Shown: positions 14,261-32,720, counted from the first letter of the stretch. The stretch is 64,000 bases of DNA from Bugula neritina (GCA_964035545.1 OZ037773.1:10383751-10447750); one strand, 5' to 3'. Made by a program: numbers and translations. Notes: generated by a model from the letters alone, not told the origin.

Positions 14261-17200
14261 GTACTACTACTAGTACTAGTGTGTAGTACTAGTACTAGTA
14301 GTAGTACTAGTAGTAGCAGTAGTAGTAGTAGTAGCAGTAGTAGTAGTAGTACTAGTAGTAGCAGCAGCAGCAGTAGCAGTAGTAGTAGTAGTAGTACGTT
14401 AACATACATTCAATTTATGTAGTTACTTGTATTTCATAAATGATTTAGTACAAATCCCTAATGTCAAACAATATGAATAACATAAAATAATTAGTAAATT
14501 ATTATTACTATTAGTATTACTGTATTAGGCTGTCTAATTTTGTATCAGTATGAGTATTTTTTAGTTCAAGTTGTGAAACTGAAATATTGTAATTACACTT
14601 AATCTTATTTTGTGTAAAATCCTCTAAATAATCTGAAAAAACAACAAAAATTGATAACATGTGTTCAATATTAGACTAAGACTTTAAAGTTTGCTCTTAA
14701 AAGGCAGATTTAAAATTTAAACGAAAATTAATTCAATTTCTTAAACCTCTATTTCAATAATAGTCGAATATTGAAAATTTGTTAATGATTTTATAGGTAC
14801 ATAAAATGTATAGTTATTTGCCAAATCTCACAAAGAAATATTGCAATTCAAGTTTGAGAGATTAATTTAATGTATGAGTTTCAAACTAAAAATCAATTGA
14901 CTTATTAAATTAAACAAAAAAATATTCTTACTTCTCTTCATTAACCTACATCCTACAAATAGGTGAGTGTTTCATGACATTTAATTATTTAATTATTTAG
15001 TTATTTGGTGATTCTAATTTATAACTATTAATGTTTAATTGCAGTCTATACTAAATTAATTGAACTCACCTAAATATCATATTGATGGGAATGTATATTT
15101 ATTAATTACTTCTTGTTTGTATTTTAAATTATGGGTGCAATGAATACAACAGTCCCTAAGCTGCTACGTGATGATAGTTCGCGAAGGGTAGGGACTTTCA
15201 CTCACTACTTTCGTATGCCAGAGCCACTCTTCGACAAGCTGCTGGAAATGGTCACTCCACTAACAAAAAAACAAGACACTCAGATGCGGCCTGCCATTGA
15301 TCCTCGGACTCGCCTTTCCTGCACTCTACGCTTCCTAGCAACTGGGGCAACAATGAGCGATCTTCATTACCAATTTCGTCTAGGTAGGTATATATATATT
15401 TTGTAATAGTATGTAATGTAATATTACTTGGTTGTTTGCATAATACTATTTTGTTTTTGTATGCTCTTCATTTCATATTGAAGGTGTAAAAACAATATCC
15501 AACATTATACATGAGATGTGTGCTGCAATTTATAAAGTGCTTCAGCCAACCCATCTAAGGTTTCCACAGAGCGCAGATGAATGGCGAGCAGTAGCAAAGG
15601 ACTACCTTGCTAGATGGAACTATCCTAACTGCATCGGATCTCTAGACGGCAAGCATATTGTATGTATTACAAAATGAAATTGTTATTTGTAGGCAATTTT
15701 CAAGGCGCAGAGTATTTCAATTTTGTGGTGTTTGTGGCTTATTTTAGCGGATAATGAAGCCCAAGTCTGCTGGTTCAGCATTCCACAACTATAAAGGCTA
15801 TGAAAGCATAGTGTTGATGGCCATAGCAGACGCAAATCAAAGGTAATTAATGCATCCTTACTCTCTTGAATGCAAAAATTAATTTTCAACCCCAAATTTA
15901 TTTGAGTGCAGACATGCTCTTTCCACAAAATGACAGCATCTGATACTTTGTAGGTTCATCTACATAAACGTTGGGGCCAATGGCAGAAGTTCAGACGCAG
16001 GCATATGGAGAGAGTCGCCTCTGAAGGAGTTACTTGAGAGTGACCAAGTACACCTCCCAGATGATGCATGCTTGCCATACACTGATAGCCTCGTACCCTA
16101 CCACTTCGTATCAGACGAGGCATTTCCGCTAAAAAAGTACATGATGAAGCCATATCCAAGGTCTCGTGGCCCACTCAGCAACGATAAACTGGTGTTCAAC
16201 TACAGGCTCAGTCGAGCCAGGAGAATTGTTGGTATGTAAATACTTTTTTTAATTACAATTATGGAATACATTCAGTGAAGTTAAACTAAAGAAATGATTT
16301 GTTTACCAATTTCGATATTTTATTTTAATCACAGAAAACTCATTTGGTAGACTCGTGGCAATGTGGCGGATATTCCAGCGGCCAATTAATCTGCAGCCTG
16401 ACAAGGTAGACAACATCATAATGGCATGCTGTGCATTGCAGAACTATCTGCTAGACAACAATGCCATGACATTCACAGTCGATGCCGATGCGTATGTTGA
16501 GAATGCTACCTGGCGACAAGAAGTTCAAACAGAGTTGCATCCACTGCAACGTCGCCTGGCCGGTAATCATGCAGGTAGAGAGCCAAAAGACATCCAGGAG
16601 ACTCTTTGCAGATGGTTCAATGGGGTTGGGCGTGTTGACTGGCAGGATAGGATGGTGGCTATTGGCCAGGGTTTGCAACAGCATTTAACGGGATGATTGA
16701 CTCTTTTGCTAGTTAGCAATGCATGTACTTTTGATTAAAATATTACATATTTTGCATTATATTTTACAAGAAATATTGATATTTTTGTTTCAGTTTTGTT
16801 TAAAACTATGCATATATTTATTTACACAACATACAAAAATTTACATATATTCATAAGTCATGTGTGCATTTAGTTGCGATAAAATTGAAGAAGTACTCTC
16901 ATGTGGTGATTCGGCTACGGCACCGTCTTCAGCAGAAGCACTAGCTGGCAGCAAACTGGGCACGTATGGCCTCCTAGTTGTTTCCGACTGCTGGCAGATA
17001 GCATCCACAACTTCCCCAGACAGGCGATGCATCAAGCGTCTCCTTACCTACAAAAAGTATATGAATTGATAAGCAGTGGTTTGATAATATTTTAATCGCA
17101 ACTAACGAAGTCTTGAGTCTTTTTAGTTACAATGCTTACAGCAACATTGGTGATCTGGCGTAGGTCAGCAACAAGCGCATCACCCCACAAGTCCAAGTGG

Positions 17201-19380
17201 TCCTTGGTTGGAGTGTTCAGAAACTCCAAACACTTCATCCTTAGATGATCTTTGGGATTGGATTCTAGTGGTCGCTAAAACAGAACATAAAAAGCATTTA
17301 AGAAAGTGTTAAGTATTACAAACCTGCCCAACTTAAATCAAATCTTTTTTATTTGACATTTTAGTAAGATTGTAAATGAAGCAAACCACTATATCTGTTA
17401 TCGAATTACAGTTAACCCTAATTAAGCATTCTTGTGTTTAAAGTATGTTATTAAACCATCCTGCCATGTGGATTTTTTAGGCACAACAATTTTTAATAGC
17501 TGGTATACAGCTCTCACACGTTCACCTTTATTGTGTGAAAGCCTAACTACTAACTTTTGTTCCTCTGTTACGTGGTGTGTTGCCACGCATAGGTGGGGGA
17601 GATGTCACAGGTGGGGGAGATGTCACAGGTGGGGGAGATGTTACAGGTCGGGGAAATGTCACAGGTGGGGGCGATGTCACAGGTGTCCTAGATGCAGCTG
17701 GCAGCAGAAGTATTGATTCGGACCTTGATGATGTGGAAGATGGTTGTGAAGAATCACCTTGACTACTTCCATCATCCATCATCTGATTTCTATCCTAAAC
17801 TCATATTATTATGTGAAATAATTAACAACCTATTAATAAATAATGTATGTTTACATCGATTTGCATACTACCACAATCACTACTGTTGCTTACCTCAGCA
17901 ATAAGGTTGGAGTGCGAGCTCCTAGTTTTTAGAGTTGGCAAAAGAAAGAGCATCTGCTCGTAATATGGGTATGTTTTTTTGTTGCGCTCCTCTCCACCAG
18001 CTCCAGACGGCTGATGAAAGCGCCTTTTGTGCTCCTGTTAAAAATCATAGTACCTGTATGAATATTAATTTAAATATCATTTAAATTTTCTCATTCCAAA
18101 TGCAGTGAGTATAAAATTATATTAAATTACCTTTGCAAAGTAAGTTCTATTGGTTTTGTGAAGAGTCTGAAGCTCTTCAGCCGATATTCCAACAAGAGCT
18201 GCCAGGTCAGCCCAAGCCCTCTTCTTGGCATCCTTGTTTGAATAAACCTTACTACGGGTATCCCACAGAGCAGGAAACTTCTCCAAGTTGTCGACATATT
18301 TTTGAGTAATCTCTGAATCGTACATGATGAGGTATATATATTACAGCAGGCAGCACCGAACTGACTGCTGCCACCAATCACGATCATATTTATGTTGAAA
18401 AACGGCCGTCTTGGAGCTAACTTAGCAATTAGCAAATTAGCAAAAACTCACAATCATATTTATGTTGAGAAAACGGCCGTCTTGGAGCTAACTTATTAAC
18501 AAAAACTCACAATTATATTTATGTTGAGAAAACGGCCGTCTTGGAGCTAACTAAATTACTAACGAAAATTCACGATCAGTGCAAATCTGTTCTTTCAACA
18601 AAAATTAAACTATAAAGTTGAGATGCTAATATTAGTTACTTAAATATAAAAATTAAAACTAAAAGTTATAAATTGTATTATAAATGAGTAAAAGTTGAGA
18701 ATAATACCAGTGTTCTATTTAAAAAAGCAATATGTTTATTCTGATGTTCTAATAAATAAAAATTGCGTTGTTATTACTACTAGTACTACTTCGATTGATA
18801 GTTATTTTTATATTTGTATTTCATATATGATGCATCGTAGTGATAGCAACGTACTAATTACTTCCTAGTTGTATTTCAACAATGGTGTTAACTTCGCTCG
18901 CTGTCATGATTTTCTGCCAGCTTTTGATTGGCTGGTTCAACAGAAAATCGCCCGATAAATTGAACATGTTCAATTCTGAAAATCGCTACAAAAATCTGCC
19001 AAAAGCAAAATCAGCCGATTTTTCAAAATTCCTAAAAAATCGCTAACAGTTTATCGGCCGATTTTCATGAAAAATCGACCTGTGTACATGTAGCTTTAGC
19101 ATTGTAAGTTTAGAAAAAGTTTAAATGCAAGTAAATACAAGGCATGACCTTTTAGTAACTGCGTTACATGTATAACTATATCTACTATAAATTATAAATC
19201 TGTTACCAGAGTGTGATTTGAAGACAGCGTTGCAGAGATGTGGAAACAACTCCTTACAGTTCACTATACATTCTGTGAGACTTCTGACAGATGAAACTCC
19301 AGTTATTATGGAACTATTACTAACAGAGAAAGTTGTCTCTTGAAGTTCAACTGTGAAGATTCCATCACAGCTGGGGAGAT
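5421..19380 (-). CDS. PAN/apple-like + Cys-rich + three tandem CTHRC1 C-terminal domain protein, paralogue B; first (signal) exon not resolved
   Basis: Exons 19380-19207, 13570-13467, 12611-12521, 12335-12235, 11242-11047, 10776-10621 (domain 1); ~10028-9940 (ELNVFNYQYYTWDEEIDD), 8457-8351 (YNKLADDTSLHI..GRW), 8035-~7930 (FVKINGHNCAP..MHKRS), unresolved small exon(s) at ~7350-7625, ~7040-6922 (GGFNTPSRLHVQEV) (domain 2); 6301-6100 (YTKTFPQTALRL..CSRW), 5968-5871 (YFKIDNSECSDPGAIDG..NYHQP), 5608-5421 (SGICYGI..DAHTAWASSFNIFIEEL..stop) (domain 3). Splice phases match at the resolved junctions. Confidence 0.75.
6447..6570. repeat. 13-bp minisatellite (TGTGACAGCTAGT)n
   Basis: Seen directly. Confidence 0.85.
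7036..7325. repeat. ~67-bp tandem repeat starting at a minus-strand splice acceptor
   Basis: ATATCTCTATACTGTATGTACCAGCTGGTAG... present about 4 times. Confidence 0.85.
7765..7912. repeat. 10-bp minisatellite (GATTACATGA)n
   Basis: Seen directly. Confidence 0.85.
9596..9757. repeat. 17-bp minisatellite (TTTTATAGACTGTGCTC)n
   Basis: About 9 copies. Confidence 0.9.
11480..11541. repeat. (TA)n microsatellite
   Basis: Seen directly. Confidence 0.9.
11923..12196. mobile_element. MITE-like foldback element (~270 bp)
   Basis: CACTTTGCTGTAGCGTA (11927) versus TACGTTACAGCAAAGTG (ends 12192), 16/17 inverted match; second inverted pair AAATGTCAGCCATTTT / AAAATGGCTGACATTT inside; TA on both flanks. 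Confidence 0.55.
12780..13457. repeat. 23-bp intronic minisatellite, paralogous to 2384-3138
   Basis: Same unit in the equivalent intron of paralogue B. Confidence 0.95.
13961..16696 (+). CDS. Harbinger/HARBI1-type DDE transposase (DDE_Tnp_4 family)
   Basis: Exons 13961-14099 (RRWWV), 15135-15383 (YFRM..RLSCTLRFLATG), 15484-15659 (WNYPNCIGSLDGKHI), 15748-15842 (NYKGYESIVLMA), 15954-16231 (SDAG..VSDEAFPL..FNYRLSRARRIV), 16335-16696 (ENSFG..ACCALQN). DDE triad present, no internal stops; intron 1 has a GC donor and a GG acceptor. Confidence 0.92.
14127..14397. repeat. (CTA)n followed by (GTA/GCA)n inverted microsatellite in transposase intron 1
   Basis: Seen directly; source of the spurious poly-L/poly-S ORFs. 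Confidence 0.9.
16841..18325 (-). CDS. Harbinger accessory MADF (Myb/SANT-like) DNA-binding protein with C-terminal BESS-like motif
   Basis: Exons 18325-18131 (KFPALWDTRSKVYSNKDAKKRAWADLA), 18034-17894 (PSGAG..YPYYEQMLFL), 17794-17555 (Pro-rich VTSPPP repeats), 17274-17140 (DLWGDALVADLRQI), 17047-16841; all phase 0, open frame. Confidence 0.9.
18378..18575. repeat. ~60-bp tandem repeat (3 copies) upstream of the MADF gene
   Basis: CATATTTATGTTG(AG)AAAACGGCCGTCTTGGAGCTAACT repeated three times. Confidence 0.85.
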
Positions 19381-20172
19381 CTGCAATTAGCAAAATTAAA
19401 AATGTATTTACCTGCTTAATAGGAAACCTGCGCTAAACTCGATTAGGGGTGGTGGAACTTGTAGCACATCATAATACTTTGTTTAGCATAAATATCAAAT
19501 AGTTCTTATTTATAAGAAATATAAGAAAATTTAGATTTAAAAGTTATTTAGCTCGGAATAGCAAAGTGTATTGGCGAGCAGTCAGATAAAGCATTAGAGT
19601 TTTAGAGCAGTTATTTTAAATTGCATAAAAGCTAAAATCAAAGATTTACTAAATAGACAAATATCTACACCAAGACCTAATATGCCCCTTCCGTTTTCTT
19701 CTATTTATATGCTCTTACTATTTTTATTTTGCCTATTTATATCTAAGATATATGTTACATTCAGAGGAATTATATTAAAATCAGAGATCTATCTCTGGTG
19801 GTATAGATATAAGTTTAGGTGACGATTTTTTTACCAAGACTGTTGGTGTAAGAAAGGCAGAGAAGAATCAGTAATGAGACAACTCCAACTCCCATTTTCT
19901 ACAAGAAAGTTGGAAAACTTAATAAAGTTCCGCAAGAGTAATCATGCTGTTAAGTGATCCAAGTATTCAAGGAGACAAAATAATTTCATGAGGTTTCAAA
20001 ACAGTTCCAGAAAAAGCCAATAAAAGTGTATACAAGATCACATTTGAATATCATGTTCAATTTAATTTACAAATTCGGGAAACACAGCCTTGCAGTTTTT
20101 CCAGCACAGAGAGATGATGACTTACCGCAGAAAGAGTCAGCATGTAGAAGTCAGCACGTTCTTCCCTATATG

Positions 20173-20431
20173 GAGCTGGTCTACAGAGCTGGTCTACAGA
20201 GCTAGTTTACAGAGTTGGTCTGCAGAGTTGGTCTACAGAGCTGGTCTACAGAGTTGGTCTACAGAGCTGGTCTACAGAGCTGGTCTACAGAGCTGGTCTA
20301 CAGAGCTGGTCTACAGAGCTAGTTTACAGAGTTGGTCTGCAGAGCTGGTCTACAGAGCTGGTCTACAGAGCTGGTCTACAGAGCTGGTCTACAGAGCTGG
20401 TCTACAGAGCTGGTCTACAGAGCTGGTCTAC
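20173..20431. repeat. 13-bp minisatellite (GAGCTGGTCTACA)n
   Basis: About 20 copies. Confidence 0.95.
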
Positions 20432-20857
20432 ACATGTATACACACATGTTTTCATGCATCAACTTCACTCAATATTTTCAGGAAAGAAACTTTATCTTAG
20501 TTTATTGCTTTCCCAGACCTTCATTTCCTGTTGGAAGATAGTTTTTCTTGTTTCATTTATTTTTAGGTAATGAAATATTTGCATTTGAGAATAGCAAAGA
20601 CAAACTTCCATCATGTAATACTAATGTTATATACAGAACTGCATAGGATAATGTTGCTGTTTACCATTGAAGGAAAGACTCAATAATGCTGTATTCCTGT
20701 GTAAAGCATAGCTGTTTGCTTTTATTAAAAAGCTTTCATGAAATTTAATATATTTGAGTTATAAAAACTTTTCCAAGAAGTAAGCGAGTAATTATATCCA
20801 TTGTCAAATACGTGCAATCAGTATTACACCCATGGCCAAGCACGTGCCCAGTAATGT

Positions 20858-20969
<112 letters not shown>

Positions 20970-21795
20970 CTGTCACATCACATTCCACTATAACATTGTT
21001 ATTACAACATTTCCTACTTTAGAAACATTCACTGCATATAGAGATAACAATCAGTGCTAATTATAGGAGGAGGAAGGCAAGATATGCATAAATAATAAGT
21101 ATCAAAATGCCATGTCACTTCCAGCAGTTACATGCTATGTGTATAGTAGCTGGAGTGACAGTGTAGCTCAGTGCTGGCATTAGATCACACGTGCTTGCAA
21201 GTGCTTGTATGAAAATATATAATTGTGAACAATTCAATAGGATACTAAGAACAGAATTATAGAATGGGTGAGTTACTGATTGGCATCACTGTGTAATAAA
21301 AGTTACATGTATAATAGGTAACCTTACAGTGTGTTGCTGTGTAAATACATGTATTTATTATTTGAAAATTGTTATATTTCATATTATAGTTATATATTAC
21401 ATGGTAATAGATAGCCAATACCTATACAACTAATGATACCATGTTCTCTGAAATTATGTATCATAATGACTGTAATTATAGTAGCTAGAATTCTCCCCCT
21501 AACATTTATTTATAAGACTGAAAGTTTACTATCAGTCAAGCTTGTTGCAAAAACATACAGTAAAGGTTATATTACGTATCTTCTAATAAACCCTTTACCT
21601 GAATTATAATATGCATATGCATTAAAATAATGGTTGAATACTCTTTACAGTTATGTAACACATTTTTAATGTTCGATCATTGTATTCTGTAAATCTTGTA
21701 CAAAAATCTCTCATGTTTCAAAACCTTTCAGAACAATATTCTGATCAACAAGTGAACACAAGTTGTATCATTACAGGTTATAGAGTGACTTTGGC

Positions 21796-21911
21796 ACTTA
21801 TACTTACAGCTGTGTTAGGTAAGTGTACTTATACTTACAGCTGTGTTAGGTAAGTGTACTTATACTTACAGCTGTGTTAGGTAAGTGTACTTATACTTAC
21901 AGCTGTGTTAG
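21796..21911. repeat. 31-bp tandem repeat containing a splice-donor consensus (AG|GTAAGT)
   Basis: ACTTATACTTACAGCTGTGTTAGGTAAGTGT, ~3.7 copies. Confidence 0.85.
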
Positions 21912-22759
21912 AGCTCTATGGGATTTAAAATAAATATAAGCGCTTATATAGAACACACACAGTTTGTATTTTAAGAAAAGTTATATGTGAGTGTGTTCTG
22001 ATCAGTTGTGGCAATACCTGTTGGAAGTTACGAAAAGTAACAAAAATCAACTTATAACATACATTGTATATAGAGGTTTTTATCTCGTATGAGTCGTGTG
22101 TGCTGTGGCAGCATGATAATGAGTCATGTGTGCTGTGGCAGCATGATAATGAGTCATGTTTGCTGCCTCAACACAATGTATATTGAATTTAGATGCCAGT
22201 CTGGTGTATCTCCTTCTCTTGGCCTGAGGAGCCTCAAAGATGGACTCATTGGGCAGATGGATAAGTCTACATGGCATCATTCACAGCTCCCACATGATTA
22301 GCTAATGTATGCCAGCACAGTCACTGTGTGTGTAGTCTGCATTAGGAGCACGTGATGCTCGGCAATTTCTATTGGACGAAATTGAAGACAATCCTATGAT
22401 CCTTGAAACTAACAATGAGGTTCATGTTAATTTCACTTCACACAGAATGAATGGAGTTGGTGAAGTTTTAATTCTAAGCATCGCTTTAAACAGAGTAGAT
22501 GAATAACACTCTGTTTTTATGATGATATGTCATATATGCAAGTTCCAGATGCTCCCATTATCAACGCAATGTGTTTTACCCTACTCATTTCACAGCATAT
22601 ACATGTTTTTAGATTAGTTCATTAGAATCAGTTGCGTTCTTATTAGATTATATTTCACAGTATATGAATTTTGTTGATTGTAAATTAATAATTATTGAGT
22701 TCATGAAAGATTAGATAATAATAGCTGTTTCATATAATCAGTATAAATCTCCAATAAAC

Positions 22760-22910
22760 CGCACTCTCCCTACGTGTTAGTATATCTCTGTACCCTCCCT
22801 AAGTGGTATTATATATATGTACCCTCTCTAGGTGTTAGTATATTTCTGTACTCTCCCTAGGTGTTAGTATATCTCTGTACTCTCCCTAGGTGTTAGTATA
22901 TCTCTGTTTA
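22760..22910. repeat. 29-bp minisatellite
   Basis: CTCTCCCTAGGTGTTAGTATATCTCTGTA, about 5 copies. Confidence 0.8.
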
Positions 22911-25465
22911 CAGGTATACTCCAGGAATATATTTATATAGAGTACGTTCTGTTATATATAGCATTTGTTCTATGAAACGTGAGCTAATGCAATATTTGAG
23001 CAGGAAAAACTATTCGTAATACATACTATTATTAACTGTTGTTTTTCATTGTTATTTAAAATGAAATGTTCGAATGACATAAACAATGTTACAATATATA
23101 ATTTTATTATATTTGTTATCTTTATCAAACACTGCTTGTTTAAAGCTATGCATTATTTATCAATAAATTCATAATAGAAACAATAAAGTACTACTTATGA
23201 ACTCCTTGTAGTTGGGCTTATTTCCAACTCTAATATATATTTTCATATAAGGACTTTCAAACTAACATCCCAGATTATTCAAGCAAGCTTTTAACTCACT
23301 AAATTTTTGTAAGCATTTGTGAAACTATATCAGAGAATGCTATTTGAATATTGAGTTCTATTTAGATATGGCATGGTAACTTTTGTCAATTAGGCTACAA
23401 TTTGCTCTTCAAGTAATTACCAACCGATACACGACAGTATTTTTGAGTTGTCTCTCCTTTATCTCAAGCAGCAATTCTCGATGAAACAGCGAGCAAACTT
23501 TGTAGCATTTGTAAAGCCAAGTTTCCCCATTTCTTTGCAAACTAATCTGTCGAGACTCTTCAAATATGCTCGTAAAATGCTAGCTTTTCTTCAGTAATAA
23601 GCTTAGGTTTTTAAACTTTCCAACTAATTTGATGCCTCTGAACTACACATTTTGTTGTGTAAATGCACTCGGCAGGCGCCAATCATGACATTCTTGCATA
23701 CTTGTGTAATTGGGGCCCCAGATTACAAGCTAGGCTTTGAATCAACTTCCTCATTTATTTTCGTCGTTACTTGATCAGTCACTCACAATGACAACGTGAT
23801 TAACCGTGTAGCTGTAACTGTAAGCAATGACCAAATTCAATACTATTAACCAATAGTAACTGCTAGCATAATACTGGTCCAATAAGTATTACTCTTAGTA
23901 TTAGTATTGTTATTAAGTCTCAGTGTCACCACTGGCTATTAAATTTAATATTATAATTACAATTTGAATATAAATTAAATTTAGTTAGACTTACTCACTA
24001 CTGTAATACCAAATCCAATAGTAAGACTAAGACTAAGAGTAAGTCTAATAGTTACTAGTTAGTTTTAGTTTATTAAAATTGTTTAAATTAAAGATTTAGC
24101 TTTACTTTAACTCTTGGCATCACTACCAGTATGAGTATTACTATAACTATGACCAGCACTCCAGCTATTTTAATTTATAACTTAAACTAATGCTATTACT
24201 ATTAGTATTATTATAATTATTAGTATTACTAATAGTATTAGTAATACTAATAATAATTGAGTAATAGTGTTCTAGTTTTCATCAGCCTGAGGGCTGACAG
24301 TTTAAGTTACTCTTACTCCTGGAGTTAATAATACTAATAGTTTTATAGTTAGTATTAATGATACAGAGACCTTACAGTTACTGTTTCTCACCCAGTTTTT
24401 GATTTGCGTAAATGCCGTTATATTATAATTATTATAGTATAACATCAATAATCTTAATATTTATTATAATTTGAATGATGATCATAATCGTAGCAAGTGC
24501 CATTATCATTATAAATATCAATATGAGACTATGGTTAGTTTAATTTTCTACTTTCTGGTCATAGGACTAAGTATAAGCTTTATAACTATTGAATAATTAT
24601 TCTTGTAATTATTCTGTATGATAATATTAACTATAACAATGACAATCATCTGGTATATATGTTTAGTATTTCTAATAATAATTACTAATTAGCTTCAAGT
24701 CAATAATATTGATATGAAGTAATAATGTCTGAGCCAAGGTTCTTCACAAATAATATGCATTGGTATAGTCATAGTGTTAGTCATATCCCAATAGTGTGAG
24801 TTGATTTCAGTTTTTTCTCGTGACAGCAACATTGACAAAACAAATAAAGTGATAGTGAATTATAGTCTTTTCATTTGAAAATATTGATATCCATGTGAGT
24901 TAGGATGGCAGTCACTAATACACCATTATTTACTTAGTAAAATATTTTCTTCAGAACATTAAGATTTCTTACTAAAACAGAATAAAATTTGTATGTGTTC
25001 TTATAGTTATTATTAGAAACCCAGTACTTGTTTGTTTGACTGTTGATGTTATTTATACAATAGCCTTTATACATGTTCAACTATTAAAACATCATTTATA
25101 CAAGAAGAGCAAATAAACTGCCAGAACTAAACTGCCCCAGCGTAGATTTATCATTGGTTGAATAGTAATAATTAGGGAAGTATAAAGTTTTATTTTTTTA
25201 CATAACATGTAAAAACTTTGACAGGTTTGAGTTTTTTACACATTAGAATAGCAAGTTCCTTATCCTGGTTGTCTGTATAGCTAATCAAGCTGTCATGTCA
25301 TTTCTCTGTCTCTAGTCTTATCAACAAGTCACTGTATACTGCATCTAATCTTATCTCTCTCATATCTTGTTCTTCATCTCACCAGTTTATCATTACTTAT
25401 AAATTCACCTTTTCTCAATGTTCCCACAAGATATTATTGTGTTTATCAGATAAATATAGACTGAA

Positions 25466-31680
<6,215 letters not shown>

Positions 31681-31879
31681 CCTTGACCTTGCAGTGCCTC
31701 TTTGTTGTTAGCCTCAGTTACTTAGCCTTCATGTACTTAGTTGCGGCAGGAACTTTCTATTTCAGGAGTTGTCTTGCCTAATATTCCGATAACATTCCTC
31801 GACACATTCATCTGAACAAGCGTTATTCTGCACTGCTATGTGTATATTTATCATGATGTCGTATCTACAGTATTATATA

Positions 31880-32035
31880 TATATGATATTATATGTATAT
31901 ATCACGTCATATACCACATTATATGATATTATATGTATATATCACGTCATATACCACATTATATGATATTATATGTATATATCACGTCATATACCACATT
32001 ATATGATATTATATGTATATATCACGTCATATACG
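31880..32035. repeat. 40-bp tandem repeat in the PLEKHD1 3' region
   Basis: ATATGATATTATATGTATATATCACGTCATATACCACATT, about 4 copies. Confidence 0.85.
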
Positions 32036-32524
32036 ATATTGTATGATGTTATATTTACCATTTCCTGTGTATATGGAATACCATCCTGTTATAATCAGAT
32101 ATTTTCATCTGTATTGATGTATGCAAGTCTTACATATTATATTCTGCTCTTCACTCTTCATATCATTTTCTGTCCTACGTCTATACTTCATCATGCCACA
32201 TTATTTTATATATTATTTATATTATATTATTTATATTTTATATTATATCGTTATGTTATACATATTTACTGTTTTTTTTTTTGTTGTCAGAAATTAACAT
32301 GGTAATATTTAGAAAAAAGCGACTAAATTGCAGCGTTTTTCTTCCAAATCTGTATGCAATATTTTAAGTCTAATGCATATATTTAAGTGTTTTGGTAAAT
32401 TTTGTCTGGTTTTGTTACTCGGTCACCTTAGTCCTGGATTTACTTTCTCATTTTATGTCTTCTATTTATTTTATTGTGGAATAAAATAGTTTCTTGCTTG
32501 AAACAGCTACTACCATATATTAGT

Positions 32525-32720
32525 ATATTATCATATAGTACTAGATAGAGATAGTATTATATGCACACACTCTGTATATATTATCATATAGTACTAGCTA
32601 GAGATAGTATTATATGCACACACTCTGTATATATTATCATATAGTACTAGCTAGAGATAGTATTACATGCACACACTGTATATATTATCATATAGTGCTA
32701 GTTAGAGATAGTATTATATG
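32525..32720. repeat. ~53-bp tandem repeat
   Basis: ATATTATCATATAGTACTAGCTAGAGATAGTATTATATGCACACACTCTGTAT, ~3.7 copies. Confidence 0.85.

Larger units (their letters stand above)
13692..19095 (+). mobile_element. PIF/Harbinger DNA transposon, full-length (5,404 bp)
   Basis: Perfect 15-bp TIR AGCTACATGTACACA (13692-13706; reverse complement at 19081-19095); TTA TSD (13689-13691 and 19096-19098); subterminal CGATTTT/AAAATCG motifs; convergent transposase and MADF genes; lies in the intron between two PAN exons and is absent from the same intron of paralogue A. Confidence 0.95.

Noticed and set aside
14011-14422. Poly-Leu/poly-Ser ORFs on both strands
   Set aside because: Translations of the (CTA)n/(GTA)n intron microsatellite; only 13961-14099 is a real exon.
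20090-20541. ORFs with WSTELVYRAGLQS repeats
   Set aside because: Read-through of a 13-bp minisatellite.
23300-24800. Mixed-composition stretch followed by AT-rich palindromic low-complexity DNA, possibly a decayed transposon
   Set aside because: No TIR/TSD or recognisable protein motif; needs a repeat-library search.
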